A DNA stretch of 64,000 nt from an uncultured Acidobacteriota bacterium (lineage in GTDB: Bacteria; Acidobacteriota; Blastocatellia; Pyrinomonadales; Pyrinomonadaceae), in contig OY969111.1 of NCBI GenBank assembly GCA_963697975.1, positions 1,665,764 to 1,729,763 on the forward strand. Direction: 5' to 3'. Both the position numbers and the translations under genes were made by a program. Position 1 is the first letter of the stretch. Each line of letters starts with the position of its first letter. The notes beneath the pieces are model-generated. The model did not search any database, was not told the DNA's origin, and was given only the letters and a program-made list of their open reading frames with translations. Below are positions 57,542 through 64,000 of the stretch, in pieces.

Positions 57542-58048
57542 TCATTCGCGGTACATTCGGATGTACCCGACATAGTTTTGCCAGAAGACATCAAGCCCCG
57601 CCACCTCTTCATCAGTCAGCGGTCTTTTGACGCGCGCGGGCGCTCCCATCACGAGCGAGCGCGGCGGAATCTGTGTGCCGGGTGATAGAAGTGAGCCTGC
57701 GGCGACGAGCGATTGCGCGCCGACTCTCACTCCGTCCATCACAATCGAGCCGATGCCAACGAGGCTTCCTCGCTCGACATAGCAACCATGCAACGTGACG
57801 TTGTGCCCGACGGTCACTTCGTCTTCAAGGATGGTCGCGTGCGTTCCGTTTGAGACGTGGATGACTGTCCCGTCCTGAATGTTTGTGCGATTGCCGATGC
57901 GTATGTGAAAGACATCGCCGCGCACGACCGCGTTGAACCAGACGCTTGACTCTTCGCCGATGTGGACATCGCCGATAACTTGTGCGCTCTCTTCGATGAA
58001 AGCTGTCGGATGAATCTGCGGGTGCGTGCCGCGAAACGGTTTTATCAT
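57542..58048 (-). CDS. gamma-class carbonic anhydrase family protein (PaaY/CaiE-like hexapeptide repeat)
   Basis: Left-handed beta-helix hexapeptide repeats with the gamma-CA pattern. Confidence 0.8.
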   Translation of the reverse strand: MIKPFRGTHPQIHPTAFIEESAQVIGDVHIGEESSVWFNAVVRGDVFHIRIGNRTNIQDGTVIHVSNGTHATILEDEVTVGHNVTLHGCYVERGSLVGIGSIVMDGVRVGAQSLVAAGSLLSPGTQIPPRSLVMGAPARVKRPLTDEEVAGLDVFWQNYVGYIRMYRE

Positions 58049-58276
58049 AATCCTTGTGCAGGGATTGCTTGCTTGTCGCTGCGCTCTTCAGACGAAGCGG
58101 AAACGGTAACATGAGCTATAGAGGCTGGGCAAGGAAGGCACTCTTCGCTCGCTGCCTTCGGTCATAAATCGAGAGCGATTGAAAGATGATTAAGCCGTAC
58201 TTTGTCGGATAATGCACGGGTTATGCGCTACAATGAGCGGCAATCGAAGTCCAATCCGGGAGGTGAGAGACGGCGA

Positions 58277-58741
58277 ATGCACCCGAACGAAAATCTAATC
58301 GAAACCTTCTACACATCGTTTCAAAAATTGGACGCCGAAGCGATGGTGCGTTGCTATCATCCGGACATTCGTTTTTCCGATCCGGTCTTCCCCGTTTTAG
58401 CTGGCTCGGAAGCCGGTAAGATGTGGAGGATGTTATGCTCGCAGGCCAAAAACTTTGAGCTGACATTTTCTGATATTCAGGCGAATGACCAAACGGGGAA
58501 AGCTCATTGGGAAGCTCAATATGACTTTTCCGCCACCGGGCGCAGAGTTCACAACAAGATAGACGCCGAGTTCGAGTTTCGAGACGGGAAGATCATCAGG
58601 CACACGGACACTTTCGATTTTTGGAAGTGGAGCCGCATGGCCTTAGGCCCGGTCGGATTCCTCTTAGGCTGGACGCCGCTCGTCCGCAAAAAAGTTCAAA
58701 GACAAGCTCGCGAGCGCTTATCGAGATTCATGGACTCGTAG
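58277..58741 (+). CDS. SnoaL-like/NTF2-like protein
   Basis: MHPNENLIETFYTSFQKLDAEAM pattern. GGAGGTGAG RBS. Confidence 0.55.
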   Translation: MHPNENLIETFYTSFQKLDAEAMVRCYHPDIRFSDPVFPVLAGSEAGKMWRMLCSQAKNFELTFSDIQANDQTGKAHWEAQYDFSATGRRVHNKIDAEFEFRDGKIIRHTDTFDFWKWSRMALGPVGFLLGWTPLVRKKVQRQARERLSRFMDS

Positions 58742-58791
58742 GCTCTTTATCGAAACACAGGCGGGCTTGAAATAATTGAAAAGGTAAATCT

Positions 58792-59007
58792 ATGAAGTAC
58801 GCCGTGAGTGTCGAAGAGGGTGAAACCAGTTTTGGCGCTTATGTGCCGGATTTACCAGGCTGTGCGGCTGTGGCAGATACCAGAGAAGAAGTGCTGGAAT
58901 TGATTCAGGATGCCATCGAGTTCCATCTAGAAGGATTGCGCGAAGATGGTCAGCCCATCCCTGAGCCTTCTTCGAGCATTGAATATGTTGAAGCGCGCGC
59001 CGCATGA
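58792..59007 (+). CDS. HicB-like (UPF0150) antitoxin-fold protein, orphan
   Basis: YAVSVEEGETSFGAYVPDLPGC pattern. No HicA-like partner adjacent. Confidence 0.6.
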   Translation: MKYAVSVEEGETSFGAYVPDLPGCAAVADTREEVLELIQDAIEFHLEGLREDGQPIPEPSSSIEYVEARAA

Positions 59008-59106
59008 CAAGCCATTTTGCCTCCCCGCGATAGCACGCCCCCACGTTGACTCTATTATGACAGGCGGAATCGCTACCGCCGACTAGTGAACAAGGAGGTT
59101 CGAGCA

Positions 59107-59829
59107 ATGGGCATGAAAGCAATCAGCGCGGGGCGTGCAGCGTCGCATCCGGTTCGACGACGCCGAATCTCGGAAGGAGTGATGAGTTGCCGTCGCAAAT
59201 TCCTGCGCTTCTTTCCCGGCGGATTCCACGGCGAGAAATATATTTCGTGGGAACGCGGCTACAAGTGGGAGTCGCACGAGCGCTGGGAGGAATCGCTCGG
59301 TCAGGCGGAGTTTCGCAGGCTCTTGCGCGCGCGTGAATTCTCCGAGGTTGCCAGCCGCGCGGTGCGGGTTGAGCAGCGCAGCCGCCACAGCATGATCTTC
59401 TCGTTCGAGAAGATGGCCCTGCGCGACGCCGTGAAATCAGACGAGGGCGCGCGCGCGTTTGCCGAAGGTCTCTACGATTTTCTTCATGGCGCGGGGAGCG
59501 TGGCGCACAGGTTCGAGCGCTGGTGCGCGGCGGTCGCGGCGCTGCCACGAAAGCAGACGCGGGTTCTGACGTGGCCGCTCGTAACGGTGTTCGGCTTTTT
59601 AGCGCAACCGGAGACGCACATCTTCCTTAAACCAATGGTCTCGCGCGCAGCAGCCCGCGCGTATGGCTTCGACTTCCAGTACAAGTCGCGCCCGTCATGG
59701 GAAACTTATGCGAACTTCCTTGAGTTTGCCGAGACCATCAGGCGCGATCAGCGCGACCTGCAACCACGCGACATGATAGATATTCAATCGTTCATGTGGG
59801 TTCAGGGATCGGACGAGTACGCGGAATGA
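59107..59829 (+). CDS. hypothetical protein
   Basis: ATG at 59107 with an AAGGAGG RBS. No family recognised. Confidence 0.45.
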   Translation: MGMKAISAGRAASHPVRRRRISEGVMSCRRKFLRFFPGGFHGEKYISWERGYKWESHERWEESLGQAEFRRLLRAREFSEVASRAVRVEQRSRHSMIFSFEKMALRDAVKSDEGARAFAEGLYDFLHGAGSVAHRFERWCAAVAALPRKQTRVLTWPLVTVFGFLAQPETHIFLKPMVSRAAARAYGFDFQYKSRPSWETYANFLEFAETIRRDQRDLQPRDMIDIQSFMWVQGSDEYAE

Positions 59830-59851
59830 TCGCCTAAAAAGCAGAAGAAAT

Positions 59852-59948
59852 TAGACAGGATTAACAGGATTAGCAAGATTAAGAAGACAAGACAGGAAGA
59901 AGTAGCTTGATGCTTCTTCCCTTTAATCCTGTCCATCTTGTTAATCTC
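59852..59948. repeat. heptamer-stem hairpin (CAGGATT class), second copy
   Basis: Left arm AGACAGGATTAACAGGATTAGCAAGATTAAGAAG is identical over 33 nt to the copy at 54.6 kb. Confidence 0.75.
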
Positions 59949-60033
59949 GGTCTATATTCTTTTCTTTTTCGATTTAGCTAATTGCCCAGGTATGTTGACA
60001 CTTGCGAAGCGAGCATGAGAGAGTGCGCGCGAG

Positions 60034-60630
60034 ATGGTCGAAGCGATGAAACATAAACCAAAGAAGTGCGCCGCGTGGTGGATGATGCTCGGCCTTGCGT
60101 TGGTCGTGGCAGGCTGCGGTGGCTCGCTCTACAAGGTCAAACCGAAAATTGATGCGCCAATCGTGGAAGGCAAAGAGGCGAGCGCCAGCGGTTTCAGCGT
60201 TCGCGCCGTGCCGCTTTTGACCGACGAAGAGAGTCAGGATTTGTTTCAGGCGAATTTGCCGCTCGGCGGACTCTTGCCCGTTCGTCTGGAGATCAACAAC
60301 GAGAGCGGCGCGCCGATTTCGTTCAAGCGCGTGCGCTTTCGCCTGAAGGACAGCGATGGACGCGAATGGAAACTGCGCTCGCCGAAACAGGCGGTCTCGC
60401 GCATTCTGACCGCCGACGAAGTCTATCTCTACAACCCGAACTCGCGTAAGAAATTTGAGGAAGCCGTGAGCGAGCATGCCTTCGATCTCGCGACGCCGCT
60501 CGAAGCAGGCAGGCAGCGACGCGGTTTAGTTTTCTTTCAGACGCCGAAGAAAGAGGCGGTCGCCAGCCCGCGCGGGTTGGTGCTGACCATCGAAGGACTG
60601 CCGCAGCCAGTCGAAGTAATCTTCAACTGA
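60034..60630 (+). CDS. putative lipoprotein, hypothetical
   Basis: Lipobox LVVAGC. Confidence 0.45.
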   Translation: MVEAMKHKPKKCAAWWMMLGLALVVAGCGGSLYKVKPKIDAPIVEGKEASASGFSVRAVPLLTDEESQDLFQANLPLGGLLPVRLEINNESGAPISFKRVRFRLKDSDGREWKLRSPKQAVSRILTADEVYLYNPNSRKKFEEAVSEHAFDLATPLEAGRQRRGLVFFQTPKKEAVASPRGLVLTIEGLPQPVEVIFN

Positions 60631-60665
60631 CGCTTCCGGCGCGTCCTCGCTTCTCTTTATCACTT

Positions 60666-61136
60666 ATGAATGAGCAAAGTCTTCAGGAACGCTACTCGCC
60701 ACATGGTACGTGCTTCGGCTGTGGCCCGATGAATGAGAAGGGTTTGCGGATTCGTAGTTTTGAACAGGAGAACGATGAAGTCGTCTGCGAGTGGCAGCCT
60801 GAAAGTTATCACGAGGCATATCCCGGAATGCTCAACGGCGGCATCATCGGGACGTTGATGGATTGCCATTCCAACTGGACTGCCGCCTGGCATCTGATGC
60901 GGCGTGGAGGGCTGGATCATGCGCCCTGCACGGTGACGGCTGATTATGCGATCAAGCTCAAGCGACCGACGCCGACCGACGCACCGGTTAAATTAATCGC
61001 TCGCGTCGTCGAATCTGAGGATGATCGCGCTATCGTCGAAGCCGAGTTGATTGCCGGTGGGAAAATCTGCGCCACCTGTCGTGGCACATTCGTCGCAGTC
61101 AAGCCCGGACACCCGGCGTATCATCGCTGGGGATGA
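60666..61136 (+). CDS. PaaI-family hotdog thioesterase
   Basis: GGIIGTLMDCHSNW pattern. Confidence 0.65.
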   Translation: MNEQSLQERYSPHGTCFGCGPMNEKGLRIRSFEQENDEVVCEWQPESYHEAYPGMLNGGIIGTLMDCHSNWTAAWHLMRRGGLDHAPCTVTADYAIKLKRPTPTDAPVKLIARVVESEDDRAIVEAELIAGGKICATCRGTFVAVKPGHPAYHRWG

Positions 61137-61138
61137 AA

Positions 61139-61224
61139 AGCAGGGATGAGGGCGGAGGGATGAGGGATGAACGGAATCTGATTCAAGTTGAATCACTACG
61201 CTTTCATCCCTCATCCCTCATCCC
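61139..61224. repeat. heptamer-stem hairpin (GGGATGA class), second copy
   Basis: CAGGGATGAGGGCGGAGGGATGAGGGATGAA ... CTTTCATCCCTCATCCCTCATCCC. Confidence 0.75.
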
Positions 61225-62025
61225 TTTCTTTGCCGCCATGAGACGCTCGACGCGCGGCAGTTCAATCGGGTTCGCCCAGTGACCGTCGGCTTTGAAGGAT
61301 GAGCCGACGATGAAGCCGTCGGCAAAGGCGTAATAGTCGGCGAGGTTATCGGCATTGATGCCAGAGCCGAGCAAGACGGGCAGAGCGGAGCACGCTTTGG
61401 CCTCGCGCACGTCCTCAATTTTGGGCGGCTCACCCGTCACGCTGCCGGTGATGATAACCGCATCGCCGCGCATGAATTCAACCGCATGAGCCATCTCGCC
61501 AACACTGATGTCCGCCGTGATGGCGTGGGAAGAATGTTTCTTCTTGATGTCGGCCCACACCTGCACGCGTTCAGCGCCAATCAGCTTGCGATAGCGTAGA
61601 AGCTCTGCGGCTGATGCTTCAATCAAGCCTTCGTCGGCAACGTGGGCAAAGGCGTAGCCCTCGGCGCGTATGAAATCCAACCCGGCGGCGTGCGCTACAG
61701 CCATCGCTTCCGTGTTCGCGGCGGCCAGCACCTGCACGCCGACGGGCAGCTTGCTCTCGATTTTCACCGCCTGACCGATGACGGCCATCGCCGCTACGAT
61801 TTCCGGGCCGACGCTGCCGCGCAGGTAAGGCGCGTCGTGCATATTCTCAATCATCATCCCTTCCACGCCGCCCGTGCGGTAAACACGAGCCTCGCGCACG
61901 GCCAGTTCCGTCAACTCATCCACTGACAGCTTACTCAAGGGAGCGCCCGGCAACGCGCCGACATGAATCACGCCGATCACGGGTTTAGAGTTGGGGAATA
62001 AACTGTCCAGCACGCGACCGCTCAC
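61204..62025 (-). CDS. BtpA/SgcQ-family TIM-barrel protein
   Basis: N-terminal KPVIGVIHVGALPG motif. Confidence 0.65.
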   Translation of the reverse strand: MSGRVLDSLFPNSKPVIGVIHVGALPGAPLSKLSVDELTELAVREARVYRTGGVEGMMIENMHDAPYLRGSVGPEIVAAMAVIGQAVKIESKLPVGVQVLAAANTEAMAVAHAAGLDFIRAEGYAFAHVADEGLIEASAAELLRYRKLIGAERVQVWADIKKKHSSHAITADISVGEMAHAVEFMRGDAVIITGSVTGEPPKIEDVREAKACSALPVLLGSGINADNLADYYAFADGFIVGSSFKADGHWANPIELPRVERLMAAKKGMRDEG

Positions 62026-62582
62026 TTTGATCCTTTCGAGTTCGCCCGCTCGTTCGTGATAAAGACTACGTCCAGACGGTTGAAGTTCTGATTGACGGCG
62101 ACGGTCGCGCCCGGCTGCAAGCGAAAGGATAACATCACGTCGTCGTCACGCTGCTCGATTCGCATATCGGCAAAGCCGCGACCATTGGCGTCGCCGCGCG
62201 GCGAAACGTATGCAGCCTGCGGAATCATCACGCAGACGCGCTCGCCTTCAGCGAAAGATTTGTAATCGTTAAGCGGCGCATCGGACGTGAGCGTAAAACG
62301 CGCGCCGTCCTGCGATTCATTGCGACGCAGCATCAGGATGCGTTTCTTGAGCGGCTTCGCTGAAGAAGGAATGATGGCAGGAGCCATCAGGCTGAACGAA
62401 CTGTTATCACCGGCAACCCGCGCGCCCGTTCCCGCGATGAGCGCCAGGAGAAGAGCGAGGGCGACAAAAGCGCGATGACGGCAGCTGTTCCTGCGTGTTA
62501 AGCGCAAGCGAATACGTGCGTCAGCGTGGATTGAGTTGATGATAGACGTGTAGACAGTCGAAGAGCGCAGAAAAGTCGGCAT
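62022..62582 (-). CDS. signal-anchored hypothetical protein
   Basis: ATGA overlap with the BtpA-family gene (61204-62025). N-terminal hydrophobic segment. Confidence 0.4.
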   Translation of the reverse strand: MPTFLRSSTVYTSIINSIHADARIRLRLTRRNSCRHRAFVALALLLALIAGTGARVAGDNSSFSLMAPAIIPSSAKPLKKRILMLRRNESQDGARFTLTSDAPLNDYKSFAEGERVCVMIPQAAYVSPRGDANGRGFADMRIEQRDDDVMLSFRLQPGATVAVNQNFNRLDVVFITNERANSKGSK

Positions 62583-62780
62583 TGGGGGTTATGACTCCGG
62601 TTCTGCAAAAGTTGCCGGGGGCGAGGCGGCATTGTGCGAATTCTTCTAAGATCAAGAGCGCACATCCGGCTTTCAAAAGGCGCTATAATATAATCGCTTT
62701 TGCCTGAGATTCACAGCAGTTTAATTAGCCTGACAAAGGCTCGCCCGTCACCACCCAATTTAACCCACAGAGGAGGCAGC

Positions 62781-63005
62781 ATGGACAGAGGAGAAAGAGA
62801 AGACACAACAATCTATAAGGTCGTCGTCAATCACGAGCAGCAGTATTCCATCTGGCCAGCCGACCGCGAGAACGCTCTCGGCTGGAGTGATGCCGGAAAG
62901 ACCGGAACGAAGCAGGAGTGTCTGGACTACATCAAGGAAGTGTGGACGGACATGAGACCGCTCAGCTTGAGAAAGAAGATGGAAGAAGCCGCCACCAAAA
63001 AGTAG
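62781..63005 (+). CDS. MbtH-like protein
   Basis: [15 protein letters not shown] ... GW ... [12 protein letters not shown] signature. GAGGAGG RBS. Confidence 0.8.
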   Translation: MDRGEREDTTIYKVVVNHEQQYSIWPADRENALGWSDAGKTGTKQECLDYIKEVWTDMRPLSLRKKMEEAATKK

Positions 63006-63015
63006 CGGCTTCCAT

Positions 63016-63152
63016 GTAGGACAGACATTCCTGTCTGTCGTGGGACAGGCATTCCTGCCTGTCATAACGTGCGTTAGCACGTTCATCAATATTCGCTAAT
63101 AAGTATTCGCGCTCTCCGCGCTCAATGACAGACAGGAATGTCTGTCCTACGC
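63016..63152. repeat. complex multi-palindrome element bounded by a perfect 24-bp inverted repeat
   Basis: GTAGGACAGACATTCCTGTCTGTC ... GACAGACAGGAATGTCTGTCCTAC. Internal palindromes GACAGGCATTCCTGCCTGTC and AACGTGCGTTAGCACGTT. Confidence 0.75.
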
Positions 63153-63926
63153 CACTCTTTCCTGCTCTTCCTGTTCGGGCAGCCGCCAGGTCTGTCCGGG
63201 TTCGGTCAGGGCAACACGCCAGCGTTCGTCCCCGGCGGCGCGGAGCAGGCGCGTGACAGGTTCTCCCAAAGGCTCGCGGCTCAACTGAAACGTCGAGTGA
63301 TGCATCGGCAAGATATAGGTCGCATTCATTTCCTTACGCATCGCCCACGACTGTTCGGGATTGGCGTGCGCGTGAATATAAGGATCGTAAGCGCCGATGG
63401 GAAGAATGGCGAGATCTATAGCGGCGCGGTGGCGCAAAGAGGCGAAGGCGTTTGTATAGGCCGTGTCGCCGCCAAACACAAGAGAGCGTCCCCGCTTGGT
63501 AATTAAAAATCCGCCATAGCCGCGATGCTTGTCCGTCAGCTTGCGCGCCCCCCAGTGGTTGACCTTGAGGGACTCGATGCGCGTCTCGTCAATCTCCACG
63601 CTCTCGCCCCAGCCGAGTTCGTGCAACTGCCGGAAACGTCGGACCAGATCACGATTCCCTTTTTGGACAACCGCCTGAGTGTTCCGGCGCGGCAGGCGAC
63701 GCAGTGTGCCCAGATCGCAGTGATCCATGTGCGCGTGCGAGATGAGCACGGCGTCGAGCGATGGAAGCTCGTTAATGGAAAGGGCTGGCTTGACCAGACG
63801 GCGCGGGCCGATGGTCAAGCCAGCGACGTTCACGCCCACGTTTGAGCGCAGCGCCGGGTCGGTCAGAAGCCACGTCCCGTAAAAGTTAATCAACACGGTC
63901 GCGTGGCCGAGCCATGCAACCGTCAA
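63147..63926 (-). CDS. MBL-fold metallo-hydrolase
   Basis: HAHMDH motif. Confidence 0.75.
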   Translation of the reverse strand: MTVAWLGHATVLINFYGTWLLTDPALRSNVGVNVAGLTIGPRRLVKPALSINELPSLDAVLISHAHMDHCDLGTLRRLPRRNTQAVVQKGNRDLVRRFRQLHELGWGESVEIDETRIESLKVNHWGARKLTDKHRGYGGFLITKRGRSLVFGGDTAYTNAFASLRHRAAIDLAILPIGAYDPYIHAHANPEQSWAMRKEMNATYILPMHHSTFQLSREPLGEPVTRLLRAAGDERWRVALTEPGQTWRLPEQEEQERVA

Positions 63927-64000
63927 CGAGTCGTCGTCCCATTTCGCGGGCGCGGGACGATGCAGAGCAGCCGGGATAGGCTTTCCGGCCTCTGCAAAAC

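Overview
This 64 kb window is high-GC (about 60%) bacterial chromosomal DNA, densely coding on both strands. I found no rRNA, no convincing tRNA and no CRISPR array. The gene content is that of a Gram-negative soil-type bacterium, possibly Acidobacteria-like, but I cannot confirm the lineage from sequence alone.

Housekeeping and metabolic genes I can recognise:
- aspS, hisS, ribF, mazG and ada
- an acyl-CoA dehydrogenase, an aryl-CoA ligase with a 4HBT thioesterase, PagL, BtpA, a gamma-carbonic anhydrase, and an OPT and an MFS transporter

Signalling and protease genes:
- two two-component systems: a sigma-54 NtrC-type regulator with a hybrid PAS/GAF kinase, and a LytS/LytTR pair
- an HD-GYP/GAF/GGDEF protein and a PilZ protein (c-di-GMP)
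- several peptidases: M14, S15/CocE, M48, DUF885 and a standalone JAMM protein

Three things stand out:
- A lower-GC islet (about 16.2-18.7 kb) holds a translationally coupled two-gene cassette. The first gene encodes a DUF4062-like (TIR/deoxyribosyltransferase-like) N-domain fused to two C-terminal TM helices. The second encodes a membrane-anchored, internally repetitive coiled-coil protein. The cassette sits behind a 1 kb structured non-coding leader. I regard it as a candidate undescribed membrane-targeting conflict/defence module.
- A second lower-GC islet (8.4-9.7 kb) carries a DUF4258/YgiT-zinc-finger toxin-antitoxin-like pair plus an unclassifiable 241-aa protein.
- There is a pervasive superfamily of intergenic hairpins whose stems are built from tandem heptamers. 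At least 8 heptamer sequence classes and 18 or more copies are present. Several copies supply gene stop codons or C-terminal residues. A separate composite REP-like element (CCCCGAAGGGG / CCGGGGGC-GCCCCCGG / GACCCTTTCAGGGTC) and a 200-bp nested palindrome also occur.

Other oddities are a polyferredoxin-membrane/HEAT/cNMP-binding fusion protein, mosaic low-GC segments inside hisS and the M14 peptidase gene, and an orphan MbtH-like gene.
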